The notes under the pieces were generated by a model that was given only the letters and a program-made list of their open reading frames with translations, had not been told where the DNA came from and searched no databases. From positions 1-57,981 of IMG/VR virus record IMGVR_UViG_3300024960_000061: 57,981 nucleotides of DNA. One strand, given 5' to 3'. Source of the DNA: a virus (lineage: Duplodnaviria > Caudoviricetes). The translations under genes were made by a program, and so were the position numbers. Shown here in pieces: positions 24,596 to 33,601 of this stretch (position 1 is its first letter; the number at the start of each line of letters is the position of its first letter).

Positions 24596-27366
24596 GCGCC
24601 ACCCGCGAGCTGCATCCGACCGAAGGTGCCGACGAGGTACTCCTCGATGCGCTCGCCAATCGTCATGCCGGTCTCCTCAGCGCTCGCACCGCCCTGCACC
24701 TGAACGACGATGCTGATCGAGGGAGCGCCCATCGAGCCCATCCCCGCCCCGCCGAAGCCCGGTAGGCCCGGTGGCGCGACGACGTTGGACATCGCCGACT
24801 GGACGCCACCAGCGCCCGAGTCGAGCCCCTGCGTGACGCCCATCGCCATGAACTCGCCAATCTCCGCCATGACGCGGGAGGGCGACTTGATCTGGAGGTC
24901 GGTGCGCGCCTGCGTGGGCAGGCTGTCCATCACGGAGCTGACCTCCGACTGCATGAACGCCTGCTGCGAGCGGAAGCCCGCCGCGACGCCTTGGCCCATG
25001 TTCTGGCCGATGCCGAAGAAGTCAGCCGCCGCCCTCGCCGCGGTGCCCCGCGGGAGAATGGCGTCGATTGCCGCGTCGTGCGCCCGACCGCGCAGGAAGT
25101 CGATCGGGTGGAGCATCAGTTGGATGACGTCCCGCACCCCGGCCTCGATCTGCGGGAGCAACTGCCCCGCCGCGATGAGCCGTGCGACCCATCGCGTCGT
25201 GAGCATCGACACCCGGAGCATGAAGACGGCGATGGAGGCTAGCCCGCGCCCGAACTCCCGCGCCTCGGGCCCGAGCTCTCGCATCGTACCCGCGAGGTCG
25301 CTGAACCCTCCCAGGCTTCGCAGGAAGGGCATGAACCCTTCGAGGAACCCTCCGCTGAACCCCTGCCAGATGGCGCGGAGCGGCGGGAGGAGGGCCTTCA
25401 CGGTTTCCATCACCGAGGACAGCGCGCCGTCGAAGCCGCCGTCACCGAAGATGGTGCCGACAAACATTGCGGCGTCGTTCACCAGTCCGGCGAAGATGGC
25501 CTGGAGGGCCTTCCCGTTGTTGGTGGTGCCCGCGAGCATGCTGGTGATGTCGGTCAGCATCGACTTCAGCATCACGATGCCGGGGAGGTTCTCGATATCC
25601 TGAATGGACGAGATGAAGGTCTGGAAGCCCTCGCCCAAGTTGGACAGCACCGCGGCCATCGACCCCGACTTCGACCGCGCGAAATCGCCGCTGTTGCGGT
25701 TGCCGAGCTGGCTGTTCTGCTCGGCCAGAATCGCGTCGTGCATCTGACGGCCGGTGATCTGGCCGTTGCCCTGCGCGGTGCGAATACGCCGTTGATACGC
25801 CGCCTCGGTGTCGTTGCCTTGAACGATATGCGCCGCGACGGCCGCGCGGCGCATGGCTGCGACCTCGCTCACCCCGGCGGCCATCGCCGCCGGGCGGTAG
25901 TCGGCCGAGCGCGCAACGGAGCTGTTCCGCAGTTGCCCCATCTGGAGCATGAAGCGCGAGGCGGTCCCTGCGTCGTTAGGATGCAGCGCGCCCGCGTCCG
26001 CCGCGGCAGCGGTCATCGTCCGCGCCTCGGCGCCCTGGTAGCCCGCCGTCGTGGCCTGCGTGCGCAGCTCGGTCACCTGCTGCGTGGAGAGAGGCGTTTC
26101 GCGACCGAACTGCTGCGCCCAGCGGAACTCATCCTGCGCGGCCGAGCCGCGCGCAGCCTGGCGCTCCTGAGCGCTCATCCGCTCTTCGCCCGGCACCCGC
26201 ATCAGGGTGGTGAGCGTCATCAGGGTGGACTCCCTGAAGCTGATCATCTGGAGGATGGCGCCACCGATGGAGAGGGCGAGCTGCCCGAACTCCATCACCA
26301 GCCCACCGATCTGCCCGATGATCTCGAAGGTCGTGCGGGTGATCGACAGCATGGCGCTGCCGAGTGCGTAGACCGCGGCCATGAGGGCCGTCGCTCCCGC
26401 TGCGGCGTAACCCATCGCGGAGATGCCGCCGCGGCCAATCAGGCCTTCCAGCGCCGACATGATCGGCGACGCGTCGCGTTGCGCGTTCTGCCGCACAAGG
26501 GCGCGGTCGAGCCGCACGCCTTCCTGACGATGCCTCGCTGCAGCCCGCTCGTTCTGCCGTCGCCCCCACGCCTGCGCGCTCTGCTGCGATCGGTAGATGC
26601 CGCGGTAGTAGCGCTCGCTGTCCCGGGCATCGCGCGCCACTCCGCGCGACCGATCGCGCGCAGCAGCCCGCTCCCCTCGCTGCACCTGGCCGAAGTGCCG
26701 ATCAGCCAGACGCCGGTTGGCGTCGTCGAGGCGCGACTGCCGCGCGACCCGCTGCTCACGCTCCCGGCCCGCGCGCTGCTCTCCGCGCTGGAACGCGGCG
26801 AAGTGCCCGTCCGCCATGCGGCGGTTGGCGTCGTCAACGCGCGCCTTGCGCTGCTCTCCGCGCTGCACCTGCGCGAAGTGCCCGTCGGCCATGCGCCGAT
26901 CGGCCGCCTCGCGTCGAGCCCGGTTGGCCTCGCGCTGCTCGCGCTCGCGGGCCTGACGGCGCTCGCCCCGCTGGAACGTCGCGTAGTGCCCGTCCGCCTC
27001 GCGGCGCGCCCTCGCCTCGCGCTGCTCACGCTGGGCTGAGACGCGCGCGACGGCCCCGTGCGCATCGAGCTGCTGCTTCGTCTCGCGGCGGCGCTGGCGG
27101 TCCGCCGCCCGATCGTCGCGCACCCGCTGCGCCTGGGTCGACCGCTGCTCGCGGAGCGCGCGGGTCTGCTCCCGGATGAGCCCGGCCTGCGCGCGCAGTC
27201 GGCGGGAGGTGTCCCCACCGCCCATGCCGCGCAGGGCCTTGTCGGTGAGGCCCGCCAGGCTCTGCAGCTCGCGCATGGCCGCGTTGAGCGCCACCACCTC
27301 GCGCTTGATGCGCTTGGCGTTGGCCGCGGCCTTGTCCTCGAGCTTGAGTGACCAGCAAGTTTCCAT
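24592..27366 (-). CDS. Tape measure protein
   Basis: Long helical ORF after the chaperone; FGRETPLS..QV and LQIKSPSRVM..IG motifs. Confidence 0.85.
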   Translation of the reverse strand: METCWSLKLEDKAAANAKRIKREVVALNAAMRELQSLAGLTDKALRGMGGGDTSRRLRAQAGLIREQTRALREQRSTQAQRVRDDRAADRQRRRETKQQLDAHGAVARVSAQREQREARARREADGHYATFQRGERRQAREREQREANRARREAADRRMADGHFAQVQRGEQRKARVDDANRRMADGHFAAFQRGEQRAGREREQRVARQSRLDDANRRLADRHFGQVQRGERAAARDRSRGVARDARDSERYYRGIYRSQQSAQAWGRRQNERAAARHRQEGVRLDRALVRQNAQRDASPIMSALEGLIGRGGISAMGYAAAGATALMAAVYALGSAMLSITRTTFEIIGQIGGLVMEFGQLALSIGGAILQMISFRESTLMTLTTLMRVPGEERMSAQERQAARGSAAQDEFRWAQQFGRETPLSTQQVTELRTQATTAGYQGAEARTMTAAAADAGALHPNDAGTASRFMLQMGQLRNSSVARSADYRPAAMAAGVSEVAAMRRAAVAAHIVQGNDTEAAYQRRIRTAQGNGQITGRQMHDAILAEQNSQLGNRNSGDFARSKSGSMAAVLSNLGEGFQTFISSIQDIENLPGIVMLKSMLTDITSMLAGTTNNGKALQAIFAGLVNDAAMFVGTIFGDGGFDGALSSVMETVKALLPPLRAIWQGFSGGFLEGFMPFLRSLGGFSDLAGTMRELGPEAREFGRGLASIAVFMLRVSMLTTRWVARLIAAGQLLPQIEAGVRDVIQLMLHPIDFLRGRAHDAAIDAILPRGTAARAAADFFGIGQNMGQGVAAGFRSQQAFMQSEVSSVMDSLPTQARTDLQIKSPSRVMAEIGEFMAMGVTQGLDSGAGGVQSAMSNVVAPPGLPGFGGAGMGSMGAPSISIVVQVQGGASAEETGMTIGERIEEYLVGTFGRMQLAGGA

Positions 27367-27373
27367 GGAGGTT

Positions 27374-27607
27374 CTACGGACGGATGCGGGAGCGGGACGG
27401 GGGACCGGAGGGCTTCCCCTTCCCCATGCCCGCGACGCCCTTCACCAGGGCGTTGAGGAGGCAGTGGTGTTCGGCGAGCAGGATCGCGCCCGCGCGGGCC
27501 TCATCCGAAGCGGCGTCCAGGTCGTGATGGAAGAGCGCGAGGTACGCGTCCGCCATCACGTGGAGGTCCTTCGGCGCGAGGTCCCGGGCGAGCGCTAGCG
27601 CTTTCCC
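27374..27607 (-). CDS. Tail assembly chaperone -1 frameshift extension (gpGT-like)
   Basis: Open -1 frame from slippery G GGA AAG to the stop at 27374. Confidence 0.7.
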   Translation of the reverse strand, partial: GKALALARDLAPKDLHVMADAYLALFHHDLDAASDEARAGAILLAEHHCLLNALVKGVAGMGKGKPSGPPSRSRIRP

Positions 27608-27954
27608 TCGCGGACCTCCAGACCTCCGCGCGCCTTCTCGAGGAGCGTCTGGCCGAGCTCCTCCGCGAGGGCCGGGTGGCTCTCGCGGAGCTCGTCGAAG
27701 ACCTCCGGCGAGGGCCAGACGCACAGGCCGCGAGCGAACAGCGTCGCCTCCTGCCCCGCGCCCGAGCCGCCGAGCATCGACTGCCGCTGGAGGCCCTTGT
27801 AGCGGAGGTAGTCCCCCTTCGTGCTCGCCTTGAACACGAAGTCGTCGCCGGCCGTCCCCTCCGCCGCCTCCTCGTCCACGATCGTGAGGACGCGGGCGCC
27901 GGGGTGCTGGGTGCGGATCTTGGTGAGCTCGTCGTCGCTGATGGTGCGGGCCAT
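27595..27954 (-). CDS. Tail assembly chaperone (gpG-like)
   Basis: Between tube and tape measure genes; ends E-G-K-R on GGGAAAG. Confidence 0.75.
   Translation of the reverse strand: MARTISDDELTKIRTQHPGARVLTIVDEEAAEGTAGDDFVFKASTKGDYLRYKGLQRQSMLGGSGAGQEATLFARGLCVWPSPEVFDELRESHPALAEELGQTLLEKARGGLEVREGKR
27601..27607 (-). other. Programmed -1 frameshift slippery site GGGAAAG
   Basis: In-register X XXY YYZ heptamer identical to the lambda G/T site. Confidence 0.75.
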
Positions 27955-27956
27955 GG

Positions 27957-28406
27957 CTATCTCCTGCGGCTGCTGTCGATGATGTAGAGGCCGTTGCGCT
28001 TCAGGCGCATGAACGTGAACGGCACCTCGCGCTTGAACGCCTCGGTGCCCTCCTCCCCGCCGCCCTCGCCGTCGCCCCCGAGCATGCAGCGCTCCAGGAT
28101 GTCGGTGTACACGGGGGTGCCGATGTCGCCGTACTGCGCGACGATCTCGAAGGGCTTGCGACCGTAGCCGTTGCCCAGGGCGGCGATGAACTCGCGCATC
28201 GCGAGCTCGAGGAAGGTGATGGACGAGTCCTCGTTCTCGACCTTCCCGGAGGTGCGGCCGATCGGGTACGGGCTCGCGCCGTACACCATCTCGCGCGTCA
28301 CCTTCTGGGCGTACTTGCAGCCGGTGATGCCGGTGATCTCCTGGCCTGCCGCCTTCAGCGTGAAGCTCTGCCAGGAGAGCTCGAATCCTTCTTCAGTGGC
28401 GCTCAT
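27957..28406 (-). CDS. Tail tube protein
   Basis: After the sheath; SW......G..ITGI, YG...PIGRT.G. Confidence 0.75.
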   Translation of the reverse strand: MSATEEGFELSWQSFTLKAAGQEITGITGCKYAQKVTREMVYGASPYPIGRTSGKVENEDSSITFLELAMREFIAALGNGYGRKPFEIVAQYGDIGTPVYTDILERCMLGGDGEGGGEEGTEAFKREVPFTFMRLKRNGLYIIDSSRRR

Positions 28407-28412
28407 GGTCGA

Positions 28413-29870
28413 TTACTCCCTGGTGAACCCGAGATCGAGGGCGATGGTCTTGGCGTAGTTGCGCGGCCGGAACCGCAGCTTGAAGCGGAGCTGCTCGGTG
28501 GTGAGCACGTCGTCGGTGCGGTTCACGCGCGCGCTCGCCGTCGAGACGAACTTCCGGTCGATGAGCTCGCGCTGAAGGGCGGAGTCCACGGACTGGTCGA
28601 AGGCGTCCGCGGCGCTCGACGAGAGCACCCCGCCGTCGCCCGTGTCGTTGTCCTCGTTGATGAAGTCCGTGGCCGCCGCGAGGGCGACGCGGGCCGCGTA
28701 GCAGATCGTCCGCACCCGCATCACGCTGGTGAAGTCGGTCCCCGTGGCAGCGGCGCTCCGGTCGGTGGCGAAGTAGCCGCTGCGGCCGCGGATGGCCTGG
28801 GCACCGAGGAAGCGCTGCGCATCGAGCGACGAGAGCGCACTGTCGGCGAAGTCGTGGTGGAGGGTCACGATCCCAGCGAGGGCGCCGGTGCGGACGCGGC
28901 CCGGGTGCTGCGACACCGGGATGGTCGCGAAGCGCGGCGAGAGCAGGTAGGCCAGCGAGCGGCGCCATGTGGCCGGCATCACCCGGGAGGCCTGCGTGGC
29001 GTATGCGGCGCACACCGCGACGAGATCGGCCGAGATTCCGGCGAAGCCCGGGGTGGTGCCTTCGAGCACGCCCACCCAGGTGGCGATGGACTCACCCGAG
29101 GACTGGTCGCGCGCCTCGGCGAGGATCCACCGGAAGATGCTCGCTGCGCGCAGGTTGGTGCTGGCCGTCGAGACCGTGGCGAACGTGGTGGCGTCGATCG
29201 GCCCCACCACGTGCACGAACTCATGGTCGAGCGTATCGGCGACGGCCTGACAGGCGGCGAGCGCGGCCGCGAGGCCTGCGGCGTCGAAGGTCGGCGCCGT
29301 GGTCGTGAAGCTGTAGATGTTGCCCGTGTAGAGCAGCAGCGTGTTGATGGCGTCGGAGAACGTCAGCGTGATGCCGGTGTTGGCGATCACGAGGACGCCA
29401 CTGACAGGCACCGGCGTCTCGGGGCCGTAGGTGGTCCCGCCGTCGAGGCTGATCTGCACGCTGGCGGTCAGCGCCTCCAGCGTGGCGCCGTCGCGGATGA
29501 CCTTGACCTTGACGTCGTAGGCATCGAGCGGGACGCCCGTGACGGTGCACGTCATCGGCGAGGCGCCAGCGGGGCTCGCGGGGGCCGTACCCGAGGCGCC
29601 GCCCGAGAGGCCCGCGAGGGCGCCCGCGGACGCGGTGGCGGTGCGGCAGACCGCGACGGGACCGCCCGCGAGGTCGAGCGTGGTGGCCGCGGCTTCGACC
29701 ACCGGGCCGTAGCCGAACGCCGCGATGAGCGCGTCGATGTTGGCGCAGAGGACGGGCGTGGCGGCGGTGCCCGCGGACGAGCACCCGACGAAGCACGGCG
29801 GGAGGTCGAGCTGCTGGGCGTTCCCCAGGCTCTGGTTGGAGAGGGTGGCGCTGGCGCCTGAGATGCTCAT
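28413..29870 (-). CDS. Tail sheath protein (DUF2586-like)
   Basis: FGYGP, HPGRVRTGAL, C-terminal RPRNYAKTI.L.LGF. Confidence 0.8.
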   Translation of the reverse strand: MSISGASATLSNQSLGNAQQLDLPPCFVGCSSAGTAATPVLCANIDALIAAFGYGPVVEAAATTLDLAGGPVAVCRTATASAGALAGLSGGASGTAPASPAGASPMTCTVTGVPLDAYDVKVKVIRDGATLEALTASVQISLDGGTTYGPETPVPVSGVLVIANTGITLTFSDAINTLLLYTGNIYSFTTTAPTFDAAGLAAALAACQAVADTLDHEFVHVVGPIDATTFATVSTASTNLRAASIFRWILAEARDQSSGESIATWVGVLEGTTPGFAGISADLVAVCAAYATQASRVMPATWRRSLAYLLSPRFATIPVSQHPGRVRTGALAGIVTLHHDFADSALSSLDAQRFLGAQAIRGRSGYFATDRSAAATGTDFTSVMRVRTICYAARVALAAATDFINEDNDTGDGGVLSSSAADAFDQSVDSALQRELIDRKFVSTASARVNRTDDVLTTEQLRFKLRFRPRNYAKTIALDLGFTRE

Positions 29871-29891
29871 GGTTGCGGTCTCCGCGGGGGG

Positions 29892-30446
29892 TCAGGTGAT
29901 TTCGCCCGCGTCGACGTCGCCGTCGCCGGGGGTGCCGTGGGGCGTCTCGATGACCGCCGCCGTCGGGCGCACGGTCGGGACGGTGAGGTTGGGGACGTCG
30001 ATCGCGACGGCGATCGAGAGGACGTAGGCGTCGCCGAGCGCGTTCTGGCCGGGGCTCTCCACCCAGGCGCCACCCTGGAGGTCGAGGAAGGGCATCGGGC
30101 CGCCGGTCTTCACCAGCGCGCGGGAGAGGCGCGCGACGAGGGCCTCCGTCGCGCCCATGTCGGTCACGATCGGGACCATGCCGGGCGCGCTTGCGGCGCC
30201 CCAGACGTCGATCGTGGCGCCCGCCATGCGGGTGATGAGCGATCGGCCGTTGTGGCTCCGCGCGACCTTCTGAGCGCCCGTGAAGCGGTCCCGGCTGGGG
30301 CACCAGACGATGCGCGGCGGCGAGGCGTTCCAGTCGCGAGCGCGGGTGGACACCACGAGCTGCACGAACTCCCCCCCGTCGGCATTGAGCCGGTCCATCA
30401 CCACGCGGGCGAAGTGCTCGAGGCCCGTAAAGGGGGTGCGGCTCAT
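29892..30446 (-). CDS. Tail terminator / neck protein (putative)
   Basis: Position between the morphogenesis gene and sheath; PPRIVW.P motif. Confidence 0.55.
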   Translation of the reverse strand: MSRTPFTGLEHFARVVMDRLNADGGEFVQLVVSTRARDWNASPPRIVWCPSRDRFTGAQKVARSHNGRSLITRMAGATIDVWGAASAPGMVPIVTDMGATEALVARLSRALVKTGGPMPFLDLQGGAWVESPGQNALGDAYVLSIAVAIDVPNLTVPTVRPTAAVIETPHGTPGDGDVDAGEIT

Positions 30447-30886
30447 CGGGGCAGGTGTCCTCTCGCCGCGTCATCAGCGGCCTCGCCCAGGACGATCGTC
30501 CAGCCCGTCGAGAGTCCGGCCTCGTCGGGATAGAAGGGGCGCCGGGGGATGACCTTCCGGGGGGCCTCGGACTGGTGGTAGCTGCCGTAGTTGGCGAACC
30601 AGTCGACGCCGGCGAAAACGAAGCCGCCGGCGTCGACCATGTAGAGCGTCGCCGCGGCGACCAGCTTGCGGGTCTTCATCAGCGTGGGCCCGCCCGGCCG
30701 GGGGCGCTTCAGGGGCCGCCAGGGCGTGCCGTCGGGAGCGCGGCTCTCGACGAACCCCCGGCGGATGAGCCCCTGCGCCCCGACGGCGAGACCGACCGCC
30801 ACGTCGTGCGCCACGGTGCCATCGGACCAGTCGTCGAGGGCAGCGAGCAGCACGTCGAGCGACGTGCCCGACTGGCGAAGGCTCAC
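30443..30886 (-). CDS. Virion morphogenesis / tail completion protein (Mu gpG-like)
   Basis: F...RAPDGTPWRPL, Y..YHQ, IPRRPF. Confidence 0.75.
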   Translation of the reverse strand: MSLRQSGTSLDVLLAALDDWSDGTVAHDVAVGLAVGAQGLIRRGFVESRAPDGTPWRPLKRPRPGGPTLMKTRKLVAAATLYMVDAGGFVFAGVDWFANYGSYHQSEAPRKVIPRRPFYPDEAGLSTGWTIVLGEAADDAARGHLPR

Positions 30887-31578
30887 CGCCGCGTCCCGGT
30901 GCTCACGCGCGGTCCGCGCACGGCCGGAGCGCTCTCGGTCGCGCGCGGCTGCGTCTCGCCATGGAGCACGGCGTCGAAGCGCTTGCGCGCCCCGGCCGCC
31001 CGCTTCTCGAAGAGCTCGTCGCTCCCGTCGCTGGGGCGGTACCCGGTCACCGCCATCACATCCGAGGCGATGATGGCGCAGGTGTCCCGCACGACGTCGG
31101 TGGGCACCTCGGTGAGCGGGAACGTGAACGCCCGCGAGAGGTACCGCACCGCCTCCTCGTTGCCGGCGCGGCGGCACGTGGCCACGCTGGAGACGCTCGT
31201 CCAGGCGTAGGTGGCGCCGGTGACGAGCGTCCCGACGAAGCGGACGCCGACGCCGGTGCCTACGCCCGAGGGCGTCACCAGCGCAGCCGCGGCGCTGGCG
31301 GGGGTCGTGGCCGTCGCGGTCCAGGTGGAGCCGCCGTCGAGGCTCCACCGCCAGGTGGCCACGCCGGGGGCGCCGCCCGCGACGACCTGGAGCAGCACCG
31401 GCAGCTGGTCGAGCTCGAGCGCGGCCACGTCGAGACACCCCGCGGGCACGACGACGCCCGCGCCCGCCCCGGTGGGGGTGATGGGCGCGTGCGTCGTGCG
31501 GGCCTGCTTGAGCGCCTCGGGGGGCAGCCCCAGCCGGAGGAAGTCCCCCAGCGTGGCGATCTCCTGGTAGGCGATCAC
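30883..31578 (-). CDS. Head-tail adaptor (Mu gp36-like) with inserted beta domain
   Basis: YL...FTFPLTEVP..V....CAIIA; internal SLDGGSTW domain. Confidence 0.65.
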   Translation of the reverse strand: MIAYQEIATLGDFLRLGLPPEALKQARTTHAPITPTGAGAGVVVPAGCLDVAALELDQLPVLLQVVAGGAPGVATWRWSLDGGSTWTATATTPASAAAALVTPSGVGTGVGVRFVGTLVTGATYAWTSVSSVATCRRAGNEEAVRYLSRAFTFPLTEVPTDVVRDTCAIIASDVMAVTGYRPSDGSDELFEKRAAGARKRFDAVLHGETQPRATESAPAVRGPRVSTGTRR

Positions 31579-31590
31579 GACGGGCTCAGG

Positions 31591-32538
31591 TCAGGGTCCG
31601 ACGGCCTTGATGCTCAGCTGGGGGAAGCTGTAGCCGAAGGCTGCGCGCCCCTCGGCGCCGAACACCAGCTCCTTGTTCTTCTTGCAGTGCTCGGAGTCGA
31701 GACCGAAGAGGATCCCGAGGCGGATCGCCTCGCGAAGCTGGAAGATGAAGGGCTTGATCGGCTGGTTGGTGACGCTGACGTACCAGCTCTTGTTGTCGCT
31801 GGCCGTGCCCGAGAGCTCGGGCAGCACCTTCACCCGCACGACGCCCTGGTTGATGTTGGTGACGCCGGCGTTGGCGCTCGCCGACTGCACGATGCCCGCC
31901 TCGGCGATGCGCAGGGCGGTGCCGCGCAGCGCCATCGGGACGGTGAGGTCCGTGGCCATGAGGCCGAGCGGCTCGCCGTCTTCGAGGGTGAACTGCGAGA
32001 TGGCGGTGAGCACCGCCTCGAAGTTCGCCTCGGTGAGCGCGGTGTTCACGAGGTAGTTGGAGAACGTACCCGCCGCGGGGCGGTTCGGGTCGACGGGGTG
32101 GTCCGTCGCGTAGAAGGTCTTGCCGTCGAAGCAGATGGCTTCAGCCACCGTGGCGTCGTGGCCCTTCTTCATCAGGCGCGCGATCTGGCGGTCGCCGAAC
32201 TTCGCGGCGTGCATGCCGAGCTGCTCGAAGATGGGCGCGAACATGCCGAGCTTGTCGTCGGCGATCTTGTTGCGCGGCACCTTGGCGTCGCGGTTGAAGT
32301 CCTTGTTCTTCAGCCGGTAGGCGCTCGCGGCGAGACCGCTCGTATTGCGCTCGGTGGTCCACTCTGCGAGGCCCGGGATGAGCTGGAGCCAGGAGTGCAC
32401 CTCCTCCTCGGTGTCCGAGGTGAGCAGCGTCGCGAAGAGCTTCCACCAGGGATCGCCCATCTTGATGCCGGCGCGAAAGCGCGTGTCGAAGTTCTGGAAC
32501 GCCGCATCGACGTCCTCGTTCATGAGGTCCTGGGCCAT
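31591..32538 (-). CDS. Major capsid protein (Mu gpT family)
   Basis: WL..IP.L.EW..ER, V.R..I.DD.LG.F, CFDG..FYA.DHP, KPFIFQ.R, FG...R...GY. Confidence 0.9.
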   Translation of the reverse strand: MAQDLMNEDVDAAFQNFDTRFRAGIKMGDPWWKLFATLLTSDTEEEVHSWLQLIPGLAEWTTERNTSGLAASAYRLKNKDFNRDAKVPRNKIADDKLGMFAPIFEQLGMHAAKFGDRQIARLMKKGHDATVAEAICFDGKTFYATDHPVDPNRPAAGTFSNYLVNTALTEANFEAVLTAISQFTLEDGEPLGLMATDLTVPMALRGTALRIAEAGIVQSASANAGVTNINQGVVRVKVLPELSGTASDNKSWYVSVTNQPIKPFIFQLREAIRLGILFGLDSEHCKKNKELVFGAEGRAAFGYSFPQLSIKAVGP

Positions 32539-32627
32539 GTCGGTCTCCGTTCAGTCGGGGTCGTGGGAGGGGGTGGGAGGCACGGGTGCGCCGGGCAGGG
32601 TGCTGTGAGCCCGCCCGGCGCCAGGGA

Positions 32628-33509
32628 TCAGGAGGCGGTCTGCGGCACCGAGCCGCTGAAGCGCAGCAGGGCCTTGGCCGCGACGCCGTTGCCCGAGATG
32701 GCGCCGAGCAGGATGGCCGCGGCGTGCGAGCCGAGGAGCGCGTCGTTGGCCGCGCCCGCGTCCGAGGTGTCGGTGCGGCCGGTGACCGCGGCCTTGGCGC
32801 GGCCGGCGTTGGTGGTGGCGACGCGCGCGCCGACGGCGAGGGCCGCGGAGCCCACGAGCTGCGTGACGCCCTCGTAGCGCACGATCGCCGGGGCGGCCGC
32901 GGCGGGCGCGTTCTGGAGCACCCCGAGGGGCTCCTCGCCCTCGGCCGAGCAGAGGACGACGTCCCCGGAGCCGTCGAGCTTCACGAAGTGAAACTGCGCG
33001 GCGGAGAGGTCGGCGCCGGCGGCGAGCACCACGTCCCGGTCGCTCGAGCTGCCCGCGGGGGCGTTCGCCGCGTGGGAGCCCACCTCCACCATGATCCGAC
33101 CCGCGTCGGTGATGGAGTGGATGCGACCGACGCAGGGCCGGGTGTTGCCGCCGTTGTGGCGGGAGAGCGTCTGGTTGTCGATCGCGTAGGCCTGGTGGCC
33201 CACGTCGGCGATCGTGATGGCGTTGGTGCCCGTGCCGTTGGTGAAGTCGGCGATGGTGCGCTCGACGTCGACCGAGAGAGCCCCGGCGGTGCCGGCGGAG
33301 TTGTCGACGCGCTTGCAGGCGATGCCGTGCACCACGAGGTCGCCGTTGCCCGCGCCCTCGACGGCGTTGGCGGCGTAGCCCGTGGCGTCGCCCATCACCA
33401 GGGCGCCCGAGTAGAGGAGGGTCGCCGCGGCGACGGGGATGCGGAAGCGGCGGGCGATCGGGTCGTGCCCGAGCCCGTCGACCTTGCGGTCGGTGGTCTG
33501 TGCGGTCAT
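32628..33509 (-). CDS. Capsid cement / decoration protein, two tandem domains
   Basis: VDNSAG.AG...DVG..AY..DNQT domain plus DLS..QFHFVKL...LGVLQNAP (DUF2190-like) domain. Confidence 0.7.
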   Translation of the reverse strand: MTAQTTDRKVDGLGHDPIARRFRIPVAAATLLYSGALVMGDATGYAANAVEGAGNGDLVVHGIACKRVDNSAGTAGALSVDVERTIADFTNGTGTNAITIADVGHQAYAIDNQTLSRHNGGNTRPCVGRIHSITDAGRIMVEVGSHAANAPAGSSSDRDVVLAAGADLSAAQFHFVKLDGSGDVVLCSAEGEEPLGVLQNAPAAAAPAIVRYEGVTQLVGSAALAVGARVATTNAGRAKAAVTGRTDTSDAGAANDALLGSHAAAILLGAISGNGVAAKALLRFSGSVPQTAS

Positions 33510-33601
33510 GGCGTGGAAGCTCCTGGTGGGTGTTCAGGGAGGCAGTGGAGGCGGGAAGGCAGGGAGGCGGCGGGAGGGGGCGCTACACGTCCCCGGAGGG
33601 G

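Noticed and set aside
13549-29870. Tailocin / extracellular contractile injection system
   Set aside because: Terminase, portal, protease and capsid genes are linked upstream, so this is a phage tail.
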